Shown: positions 11,156-19,706 of the stretch, in pieces
Position numbering within the stretch: the stretch's first letter is position 1
Layout: every line of letters begins with the position of its first letter
Source: Waterburya sp.
Lineage (GTDB): Bacteria; Cyanobacteriota; Cyanobacteriia; Cyanobacteriales; Xenococcaceae
Length of the DNA: 64,000 nucleotides
Assembly: GCA_965217895.1 (NCBI GenBank)
Contig: CBDCJV010000002.1
Location: forward strand, 512,001-576,000
Direction of reading: 5' to 3'
Position numbers and translations under genes: made by a program
The notes under the pieces: generated by a model
The model's database searches: none
What the model saw: the letters and a program-made list of their open reading frames with translations, nothing else
Told to the model about the DNA's origin: nothing

Positions 11156-11172
11156 GATAAATACCTCTTAAT

Positions 11173-11207
11173 GAAGTCAGAAGTCAGAAGTCAGGAGTCA
11201 GGAGTCA
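11173..11207 (+). repeat. Heptamer tandem repeat (GRAGTCA)x5
   Basis: gaagtca x3, ggagtca x2; overlaps the ppsA stop codon. Confidence 0.8.
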
Positions 11208-13717
11208 AAACAAGATAACTGTTGTTCTACCTCAGCTATTTTTAGTCTAGTTTTGAGGACTGAATCGGGATTGAGACTGATTGAATCAATTCCTTCTTTG
11301 ACTAGAAATTCGGCAAATTCTGGGTAATCGCTGGGTGCTTGACCACAGATGCCGATTTTGCGCTGTTTGAGCTTGGCTACTCCAATTGCCATAGTTAGCA
11401 TGGCTTCTACCGCAGGATTTCGTTCGTCAAATAGATGTGATACTAAAGATGAATCGCGATCGAGTCCCAGGGTAAGCTGAGTCAAATCGTTTGAACCAAT
11501 CGAAAAGCCGTCAAACACTTCGCTAAATTCGGCTGCCAGCATTACGTTACTGGGAAGTTCGCACATGACGTATACTTGCAAATCATTTTCGCCTTTTACT
11601 AGTCCGTGTTTTGCCATTTCTGCTAGCACTTTACGTCCTTCATCGGGAGTGCGACAGAAGGGAATCATCGGAATCACGTTAGTTAAGCCCATTTCGTTGC
11701 GGACTCGTTTAAATGCTTGACATTCTAGGGCGAAGGCTTCGCGGTATTTGGGATCGTAATAGCGACTCGCACCGCGCCAACCCAGCATCGGGTTTTCTTC
11801 TTTTGGTTCAAACTGTTTACCACCCAAGAGATTGGCATATTCATTACTCTTAAAGTCCGACATCCTGACTATCACAGGCTTGGGATAGAATGCTGCGGCG
11901 ATGGTGGCGATACCTCGCGATAGTTTATCTACAAAGAAATCAGGTTTACTGGGGTAGTGGATTGTTTGACGGGCAACAGCCATTTTTTCTTGAGCATCTT
12001 TTAATTCGTCAAACCTCAGTAAAGCCAAAGGATGTACTTTGATGTGGTTGGCAATAATAAATTCTAGCCGTGCCAAACCCACACCGTCACAAGGTAAAGC
12101 TGACAAGCCGAAGGCTGATTCGGGATCGCCCACGTTCATCAAGATCTGAGTTTTGGTTTCAGGCAAGTTATTTAGCTCGATTGATTCTACGTTAAAGGGA
12201 ATTGAACCTGCATAAACTTTGCCCTGTTCTCCTTCAGCACAAGAGACGGTTACTTCTTGTCCTGTCTGAATACTATTGGTGGCATCATTACAGCCGACGA
12301 TCGCAGGAATACCCATTTCACGGGCAATAATAGCAGCATGACAGGTTCTACCACCCTGGTTAGTAACGATCGCACTAGCTTGTTTCATAATGGGTTCCCA
12401 GTCAGGATCGGTTTTGTTGGTAACTAAAACTTCTCCAGGCTGAAACTTATCGATGTCAGTTACTTCCAGAATGACTCTGGCGACACCCGCACCAATTTTC
12501 TCACCCACAGACCTACCTGTGGTTAGGATGTTATCCCCCGCAGCATCTAATTTATATGTCTGCAATACATTGGCAGTTTTTTGAGACTGGACGGTTTCTG
12601 GGCGAGCTTGAACGATGTATAGTTCTCCAGTTAGTCCGTCTTTTGCCCATTCAATATCCATCGGCGTATAGGTATTACGCACTTTTGAATAATAATCTTC
12701 AATCTGACAAGCCCATTTAGCTAGCTGTAAGATTTCATCATCATCAATGGCATATTCGACTCTTTCTAAGTGAGTTGTGGGTACGTTTTTAGTTAATTTA
12801 CTACCGCCAACGTCATACACCATCTTAATTTCTTTACTGCCAAGACGTTTATCTAAAATTGGCTTAAAGCCTTTGTTCAAAGTTGGTTTAAAGACAATAT
12901 ATTCGTCAGGATTGACCGCACCCTGAACCACGTTTTCACCCAAACCATAAGCAGCAGTAATTAAAGCTGCATCTTTAAAACCCGTTTCGGTATCGATGGA
13001 GAACATGACCCCAGAAGTAGCCAAATCCGATCGCACCATCTTTTGTACCCCAACTGAAAGAGCCACATCAAAATGGTCGAAGCCTTTAATACTACGGTAG
13101 GAAATTGCCCGATCTGTAAATAGAGAGGCAAAGCACTTATGACAGGCTTCTAGTACACCTTGAACGTCATGAACATTAAGATAGGTTTCTTGTTGTCCTG
13201 CAAAACTAGCGTCGGGTAAATCTTCGGCAGTGGCAGAAGAACGCACGGCTACGTCAACATTGTAAGTATACTTTTTGCAAACCTCTTTTTCTTCTCCTTT
13301 AAACTGTTCGCAGTAAGAGAAGTCAATACTATTTCTGACACAAAGCTGACTGTAAGCTTCGGTAATCGCCGTATTAAGTTCGGTGGGAAAAGGAGTATTG
13401 AGGATTAATGCCCTGGCTTGTCTGCCCCGCGATCGCAAATTACTCAGATCTTCGACATCTAAATCGGCAAATAGTTGACGCAGCTTGATTTCTAGCCCTG
13501 CCTGTTCGATAAAATAGCGATAGGCATAAGCTGTAGTAGCAAAACCTCCTGGCACATTAATTCCTTGGGGTGTTAGCTGTTGAATCATTTCTCCTAAAGA
13601 GGCATTTTTACCTCCAACGTGAGAAACATCGCTCATTCCTACGTCTTCAAACCAGAGAACTAAAGCTTGTTCTTTATCCTGTTGAGTTTGGCTGTGACGA
13701 TTTGCGGTTACGACCAT
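11198..13717 (-). CDS. ppsA: Phosphoenolpyruvate synthase
   Basis: GGKNASLGE, VRSSATAED...SFAGQ, GGRTCHAAIIARE, FSIGSNDLTQ. Confidence 0.97.
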   Translation of the reverse strand: MVVTANRHSQTQQDKEQALVLWFEDVGMSDVSHVGGKNASLGEMIQQLTPQGINVPGGFATTAYAYRYFIEQAGLEIKLRQLFADLDVEDLSNLRSRGRQARALILNTPFPTELNTAITEAYSQLCVRNSIDFSYCEQFKGEEKEVCKKYTYNVDVAVRSSATAEDLPDASFAGQQETYLNVHDVQGVLEACHKCFASLFTDRAISYRSIKGFDHFDVALSVGVQKMVRSDLATSGVMFSIDTETGFKDAALITAAYGLGENVVQGAVNPDEYIVFKPTLNKGFKPILDKRLGSKEIKMVYDVGGSKLTKNVPTTHLERVEYAIDDDEILQLAKWACQIEDYYSKVRNTYTPMDIEWAKDGLTGELYIVQARPETVQSQKTANVLQTYKLDAAGDNILTTGRSVGEKIGAGVARVILEVTDIDKFQPGEVLVTNKTDPDWEPIMKQASAIVTNQGGRTCHAAIIAREMGIPAIVGCNDATNSIQTGQEVTVSCAEGEQGKVYAGSIPFNVESIELNNLPETKTQILMNVGDPESAFGLSALPCDGVGLARLEFIIANHIKVHPLALLRFDELKDAQEKMAVARQTIHYPSKPDFFVDKLSRGIATIAAAFYPKPVIVRMSDFKSNEYANLLGGKQFEPKEENPMLGWRGASRYYDPKYREAFALECQAFKRVRNEMGLTNVIPMIPFCRTPDEGRKVLAEMAKHGLVKGENDLQVYVMCELPSNVMLAAEFSEVFDGFSIGSNDLTQLTLGLDRDSSLVSHLFDERNPAVEAMLTMAIGVAKLKQRKIGICGQAPSDYPEFAEFLVKEGIDSISLNPDSVLKTRLKIAEVEQQLSCFDS

Positions 13718-13804
13718 AAGTCTTACTCTCTCTAAACTTCACCTCTTGACATACGCTGTATTGGTAATGCTTTGAGGTTGTTAACTTAGTTATAGAAAAT
13801 GAAT

Positions 13805-13822
13805 TTGAAGAACTTATGAGGA
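13805..13822 (-). promoter_or_regulatory. Island direct-repeat box heading the fermentation operon
   Basis: TCCTCATAAGTTCTTCAA-N10-TATAAC. Confidence 0.85.
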
Positions 13823-14076
13823 TGGAAAATATTTCAACTTTGAATCGATCTATTTACAAAACTTTATGGGAACAATAATTGCGTAACTATCTTGTAGTAC
13901 TAGGAATAAAAACTAGTTTTTTCTTCTAATCCTTTAAATATGATGGGGCAGATAAAGCTAATGCTACGTAATCTTTTGAGACTTTTTGCCTGAGTCATTA
14001 ATAGTAAAGTTAGCTAGATTCAAAATAGTAACAGTGGCGATCAATCGCATTCTTAAATAGATACGGACTTCCTAGT

Positions 14077-14260
14077 TTAAGTCTGAGCCTCTAGCTGCAA
14101 TTTCACTCGAAGTACCTCTAATTCTGTAGTAGGATAACGCTCGAAACCAAAGCTTTGAACGAGGTTTAACATAGCAGTGTTATCAGCAAGAACCTCCCCC
14201 AGTAGCTCTTGTAATCAGACTTTTCCAATGTAGCCTCATCAGTTGCTACCAAAGCCGTTG
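14077..14260 (-). pseudogene. Decayed C-terminal GNAT fragment (Pat / acetate-CoA ligase-GNAT type)
   Basis: Manual translation: ...GFGS...*LQELLGEVLADNTAMLNLVQSFGFERYPTTELEVLRVKLQL*; contains stops and indels. Confidence 0.5.
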
Positions 14261-14399
14261 AGTAAATATTGAAGACTTTCCAATTTTTAGCTCAATTGTG
14301 CCTAAGACTTTCTATTTAATGTATGTTCTCAATTTCGGAAAATTATCGTAGCAATAATGGCAAAGCGTTGTTATGATTGGGGCTGTTTTGAGAACTTGA

Positions 14400-15320
14400 T
14401 TGATGAGAACAGAAGATGTTATCGAAATAGCTGTTGAGAAACTTCAATCTCTTCCAGGGCATGAATTCGATTTACTTACAGTATCAAAGCCTATCTCCTC
14501 CGAATCTGCTCTTAACTTGGCTAAAGTTGTTTCAAAACTCTCTCCCTTACTAGGTAATTTAATTGAATTCAATATTGCAGAATTTTTGAACAGCCACGAA
14601 GATTTTAAAAATTTAGGAGAATGGAAACGTCAAGATCCTGGGTTTCCAGACACTATTTTTGATGGACAGGTAAAACCAACTCCAGGTTTTGAAATAAAAA
14701 CATGGTTTCCTTTATCAACTGAAATTACGGCTAGGTTTAAAGATAGCCAAAATCATTTTAAATCTGATAATACTTATGTTGTCTTGTTACCTTGGCTTCT
14801 TAGACAATTAATTTATGGCAAACCTTATTTATTGGATATTTGTATAGTTTCTGCTCGCTCTGTCGCTGAAGCGCGAGATCGTCATTATCATAATCCCCCT
14901 GATTATTTGGTGCTAGAACCTGAAGATACGGGTAAGCGTACTCGAAATTTACAGCAAACAAATACCAATGGTTATAAGTGGCAAGGAACTCCTACTCAAT
15001 TTGAAGAAGCTTGCAAGATAGTAGAAGAATGGGGCATAGATAAGATAGCTTATCAGCCAACAAGAGAGTATCAGGAGTTATTAAGACAGCTAATAAATCT
15101 CTTTCCATATAGGCTAGATACAAATTTTGCCAAAATAGATAGAATCGTCCACCCAGAAATAGAAAGCTTTAAAACAAAAGTATTACAAACAAATGTCTGT
15201 GATATGACTATCAAGAATTGGAATAAATTATTTAAAAACAAAGATATTAATACAATCAAATCGGTAATGAAAGAAAAATTATCTATTTACTCTACTGATA
15301 TTGATGACCTAATTCTTTGA
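14400..15320 (+). CDS. Putative PD-(D/E)xK restriction endonuclease
   Basis: RQDPGFPD...GFEIK motif; convergent with, and overlapping, a DNA methyltransferase gene. Confidence 0.6.
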   Translation: MMRTEDVIEIAVEKLQSLPGHEFDLLTVSKPISSESALNLAKVVSKLSPLLGNLIEFNIAEFLNSHEDFKNLGEWKRQDPGFPDTIFDGQVKPTPGFEIKTWFPLSTEITARFKDSQNHFKSDNTYVVLLPWLLRQLIYGKPYLLDICIVSARSVAEARDRHYHNPPDYLVLEPEDTGKRTRNLQQTNTNGYKWQGTPTQFEEACKIVEEWGIDKIAYQPTREYQELLRQLINLFPYRLDTNFAKIDRIVHPEIESFKTKVLQTNVCDMTIKNWNKLFKNKDINTIKSVMKEKLSIYSTDIDDLIL

Positions 15321-16356
15321 TTCTTTGAACACCATAATAGAAATAAGTCCAATCTATTTCACTGGCATATGCTTTTCTCTGTAACCTTTTAGCAGCAAGA
15401 GAAGCAGAGAACAAGCCACCAAATGGCTCCCAAATTACATCACCGACATCACTAGCTGATTCAATCAATAAACTCATCAAATCTAAAGGCTTTTGATTGA
15501 GATGAATGGCTTTACTGGAATCAATTGTTACTCTTTCTTGCCCACGAAGAGCGTTTCTTTCCCATACGTTTGTGTATCCATGAGGACATAAGAACTTAGA
15601 GCGCATTGAAGCCCATTCATCCTTGGTCATCGATCTTTTTTTATCGCGAGAAAAGTAAGGTTTCCCTTCTGGTTTGCCAAATTTGTTGGCGTAGATTACT
15701 AATTTCTCGAACATTTCTGGTGGCGGGAAGTACCAAAGATGACCTCGATCGAGATACTTTCTGGTAGCCACGTTTTTTACACCACAAGCTTCATTTGCTT
15801 TTTTCTTTGGAAGACCTGTGCGTATCCATTCCGATAGAAGCCATTCTTTTAATGATAGGTCATCTATACGAGCTTCAAGCACATATTGTACACAAACCTC
15901 TGTTACTACGGGAAATCGTCTTATTTTTTTGGTATTTACATTGCCAGCAATATGTCCCTTTCCCTTATTCCAAATATTACAGTTTACATATTTCCAACCA
16001 TACTTTTCTAAAATTGGATGAACTGAAGCCCAACCAATTTCTGAGTTCCAGAACCAGAGAGTTGTCTGAGGCGTTGCATATTTTGACCATGCTTTGACAT
16101 GAGGTTCGTACCATTTTGGTAGATTAAGATGATCTGAAGTGTCCCCCTGAAATCCCAAAATACCATATCCACCATCAGACACAATTACGGTTGGAGTTTT
16201 CCATTTGTGATAATGATCGAGACTATCACCATAAAATAATGAAAGATACGTATCTTTCCAATTGGTGAATGCTGGTTCTGAATCTAACGAAATTGTCTTT
16301 CCTCGACCCACTGTACTAGCCGTACTTGGTGGTGAAGAGCCTATGTTATTGCTCAA
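15292..16356 (-). CDS. Amino (N4/N6) DNA methyltransferase, beta-class order, atypical motifs
   Basis: GDSL...IVSDGGYG (motif IV position), HLNQKPLDLM, GDVIWEPFGGLFSA (motif I position), SEID. Confidence 0.85.
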   Translation of the reverse strand: MSNNIGSSPPSTASTVGRGKTISLDSEPAFTNWKDTYLSLFYGDSLDHYHKWKTPTVIVSDGGYGILGFQGDTSDHLNLPKWYEPHVKAWSKYATPQTTLWFWNSEIGWASVHPILEKYGWKYVNCNIWNKGKGHIAGNVNTKKIRRFPVVTEVCVQYVLEARIDDLSLKEWLLSEWIRTGLPKKKANEACGVKNVATRKYLDRGHLWYFPPPEMFEKLVIYANKFGKPEGKPYFSRDKKRSMTKDEWASMRSKFLCPHGYTNVWERNALRGQERVTIDSSKAIHLNQKPLDLMSLLIESASDVGDVIWEPFGGLFSASLAAKRLQRKAYASEIDWTYFYYGVQRIKELGHQYQ

Positions 16357-16514
16357 GCTAACTTTCCTTGCTACGCGACTTATATCTGATTATCCCACTC
16401 TAAGCTATGCAAATTTTCTAATTATCCTCGCGATAAAATTGCTTAGAATCGAAAGTCCGATCTATGTCGTATAAAGTAACTAATATTATACATAAATATC
16501 AAACAAAATGTACT

Positions 16515-16760
16515 ATGTCAGACAAAATGACTATCAGCTCTGCTCAATGTCGTGGTGCGCGAGCAATGCTGAATTGGTCACAGGAAGAATTGTCAAAGAA
16601 GGCTCACGTAGCAAGAGCGACCATTGCAGACTTTGAGCGTGAATTTCGCAAGCCTATTGCCAATAATCTTCTCGCTATTCAAAAGGCTCTAGAAAAAGGA
16701 GGGGTAGAATTTATTCAAAACGAAGGAAATGGAGAGGGTATTAAAATTTATCCACGATAA
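16515..16760 (+). CDS. Xre-family HTH regulator (possible R-M controller)
   Basis: AQCRGARAMLNWSQEELSKKAHVARATIADFE...ALEKGGVEFI. Confidence 0.85.
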   Translation: MSDKMTISSAQCRGARAMLNWSQEELSKKAHVARATIADFEREFRKPIANNLLAIQKALEKGGVEFIQNEGNGEGIKIYPR

Positions 16761-16999
16761 CGTTGTAATACTGAACTCAAATATCTTTCTTCATTAATTT
16801 TTTTAAAATACATCCAGCAAAGTAATCTTGGCTGATTGTGGTAATTGGGGTAGTTTGGCTTCACTACTACATGCGGCTAAAGCCTTTGTCTATCTCCATC
16901 ACTCCACCACTTCTCTATCTCCACCATCTCCACTATCTTCTATACTCCTTACTCCCTACTCCATAACCCCATGCTGCGTAATATCAGTTACTTAAATAT

Positions 17000-19561
17000 T
17001 TAAAGTCCAGGATGATGGAATCGCTGTCTTGCCCATCGCTTAAAGCCTTTGGCTGACAAAACAGATTGATGGCGATCGAAGATACGATAAGCTGCTAATT
17101 TTATGCGGTCTTCAATTAGAAATCCAATTAAAGCATATCCCCAAACAAATAAAGCCCACTTCCAACCAATTGGAGTCATCAGTAAGCCATAAACGGCAAT
17201 GATAGTAGCGATCGCCTGAGTGACCAGTACCGCACCTAATAATATTGATGCGGGTTTGATTGTCCAGAAAGGTCCTCGCGTCCGCGTTACAAAGATGGTG
17301 AGATGACCTGCCACTGAAAGCTTGAGATAAATTAAAGTCTGAATCACTTCTCGGCTGAGTTGAAAATAGGTTTCTCCCAGGTAGAAAAGACCAAAGGATT
17401 CAATTACCCCAGCTAATCCTAATACTGTTGCTACTCCCATAACTACGGGCATATTCCAGGCTTCAGGGCGATCGGCAGAATGAGTGCGGTCATAGGCAAT
17501 TGATAAAATAGCACCATCGTTGAGTAGTGCCAGCAGCACAATCATAATTGCCGTGACTGGGTAAAAGTTAAAGACCAAAATTGATAAGGTCATAAACACC
17601 AGCACTCGTATAGTTTCGGCAATACGGTAGGTAGCATAGCTGTTCATCCGTTGGAAAATTTTGCGACTCTCTTTAATCGCATCTATAATCACCGATAGTC
17701 CTGATGTCAACAGGACAATATCCGCTGCTGCCCTTGCTGCATCAGTAGCACCCGAAACAGCAATACCTGCATCGGCTTTTTTTAGTGCTGGGGCATCATT
17801 TACCCCATCCCCCGTCATGCCTACTATATGACCTTGCTGTTGTAAGACATCAACAATGTGATATTTATGTTCGGGAAAAACCTGGGCAAAACCATCTGCC
17901 TCCTCAATGGCATCAGCAAGCTGTCCGATTTGATGAGGATTGGTTTCGGCAAACATATTAGCATTGAGAATATTTTCCCCTAAGCTCAACTGATGAGCAG
18001 TCTCTTTGGCGATCGCTTGCTGATCTCCAGTGAGCATTTTGATCTTTACTCCCAAATGACGGGCAGCTTCAATCGTAGACTGAGAATCTTCTCGTGGCGG
18101 ATCGAAAAGTGACAGTACGCCGAGAAATTGCCATTGTTCTCGTTCATCGGTGCGAGCTACCCCAAGAGAACGAAACCCGCGCTGGGCAAATTGATTAATT
18201 GTTTGCTCTACTTGATCGGTAATTTGAGGTGCATTGGCTGATAAAGCCAAGATTACCTGGGGCGCACCCTTACTGACTTTAAAATTTCGACCGTTTGCCG
18301 TTCTAACTTCAGCTTCAGTGCGTTTACTAACGGGATCGAAAGGCTGAAAGTGAATAATTTGGTAGTTATCTAAAGTCTGGTTGGCTGGTAAACCACTAAG
18401 CACCGCTAGGTCGATTGGATCTCGATCTTCACTGCGGGAAGCCAATGCCGCACTTAGAATCACCTGTTCTTTGGTAGTTTCTCCAATGCTGAAGGGTTCG
18501 CCCAGAGTTAACTGATTTAGAGTTAACGTACCTGTCTTATCAGAGCAAAGTATATCAATTCCTGCTAGTTCCTCGATCGCAGCCAGACGGCTGACGATAG
18601 CCTGTTTCTTTGCTAGATTTTGCGCTCCTACTGCCATCGTTACCGACAAAACCGTAGGCATAGCTACGGGGATCGAAGCTACAGTTAAAACTAGGGCAAA
18701 TTGTAAGGTTGTAACCATCCCGTCACCGCGAAACACTGCTACTGACAAGATCAGCGTGACGAGGAATAATGCCACCAAAATTAGATAATTACCAATCTTC
18801 AAAACGGCTCGTTGAAAATGGCTGGTAGTGTGGGCAGTTTCTACTAGATGGGCAGTTTTGCCAAAATAGGTATTAGCACCTGTGGCATAGACTAAGCCAT
18901 CGATTTCGCCTCGTTTGAGAACCGAACCTGAATAAACCGTTTCTCCTGAATTTCGAGTGACGATTAATGATTCCCCCGTTAGGGCTGACTGGTCGATCTC
19001 TACCGAATCCCCCTCTAAAAGTCGGGTGTCGGCGGGGACAATATCCCCAATCCGCAAACGGATAATATCTCCTGGCACTAATTCCAGAGCGGAAATAGTT
19101 TTCCAGACTCGATCGCGTTTGACCCGTGCTTTAAGTGCTAACTTGGCTTTGAGAGCAGCGATCGCATTTCCTGCCTGATACTCTTCCCAAAAACCAATAA
19201 TGGCATTAACCACTAACAAAGTTAGAATAATACCAAAATCAGCCCAGTCTCTGACGAGTGCCGAAAGGATTGCAGCTATTTCAATCATCCAGGCGATCGG
19301 ATTCCAAAAATGAGTCAATAATTGCTGTAAAGTACTGGTGCTTGATTCTGCTAACTCGTTGTTACCGTACTTCGACAAGCGAGTTGTCGCTTCAGACTGA
19401 CACAAACCATCAGTAGAACTATCTAACTGAGTTTGTAGTTGAGTTAAGGATAAACTGTTAACCCGCTCTTCAGTTAAGGAAGATTCGTTTGCAGATATAG
19501 AGGTGCGAGCTTGGCTTTGAGAATGGTTTTTCTGGTTACGCGATCGCTGTTTAAATGCCAT
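17000..19561 (-). CDS. P3A-type plasma-membrane H+-ATPase
   Basis: [65 protein letters not shown]. Confidence 0.93.
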   Translation of the reverse strand: MAFKQRSRNQKNHSQSQARTSISANESSLTEERVNSLSLTQLQTQLDSSTDGLCQSEATTRLSKYGNNELAESSTSTLQQLLTHFWNPIAWMIEIAAILSALVRDWADFGIILTLLVVNAIIGFWEEYQAGNAIAALKAKLALKARVKRDRVWKTISALELVPGDIIRLRIGDIVPADTRLLEGDSVEIDQSALTGESLIVTRNSGETVYSGSVLKRGEIDGLVYATGANTYFGKTAHLVETAHTTSHFQRAVLKIGNYLILVALFLVTLILSVAVFRGDGMVTTLQFALVLTVASIPVAMPTVLSVTMAVGAQNLAKKQAIVSRLAAIEELAGIDILCSDKTGTLTLNQLTLGEPFSIGETTKEQVILSAALASRSEDRDPIDLAVLSGLPANQTLDNYQIIHFQPFDPVSKRTEAEVRTANGRNFKVSKGAPQVILALSANAPQITDQVEQTINQFAQRGFRSLGVARTDEREQWQFLGVLSLFDPPREDSQSTIEAARHLGVKIKMLTGDQQAIAKETAHQLSLGENILNANMFAETNPHQIGQLADAIEEADGFAQVFPEHKYHIVDVLQQQGHIVGMTGDGVNDAPALKKADAGIAVSGATDAARAAADIVLLTSGLSVIIDAIKESRKIFQRMNSYATYRIAETIRVLVFMTLSILVFNFYPVTAIMIVLLALLNDGAILSIAYDRTHSADRPEAWNMPVVMGVATVLGLAGVIESFGLFYLGETYFQLSREVIQTLIYLKLSVAGHLTIFVTRTRGPFWTIKPASILLGAVLVTQAIATIIAVYGLLMTPIGWKWALFVWGYALIGFLIEDRIKLAAYRIFDRHQSVLSAKGFKRWARQRFHHPGL

Positions 19562-19660
19562 TTTGATTCTTTAAATAAGGTTTTCACTTTATTGGCAAGG
19601 GCTTTGGGGGAAATTATGATTGGTTAAAACTTTGCTTTGTTTTGAAATTACAGAAACAGT

Positions 19661-19678
19661 TTGAAGAACTTATGAGGG
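19661..19678 (-). promoter_or_regulatory. Island direct-repeat box upstream of the H+-ATPase
   Basis: CCCTCATAAGTTCTTCAA-N10-TAATTT. Confidence 0.85.
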
Positions 19679-19706
19679 AATTAATAACTGACTAAAGCCG
19701 AAATTT

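Noticed and set aside
16357..16514. C-box operator for the Xre protein
   Set aside because: Only a GACTTATA half-site at 16377; no convincing paired inverted repeat
13440..17070. Lack of HIP1 as evidence of horizontal transfer
   Set aside because: A similar 3-kb HIP1 gap occurs across xfp, so it is not diagnostic
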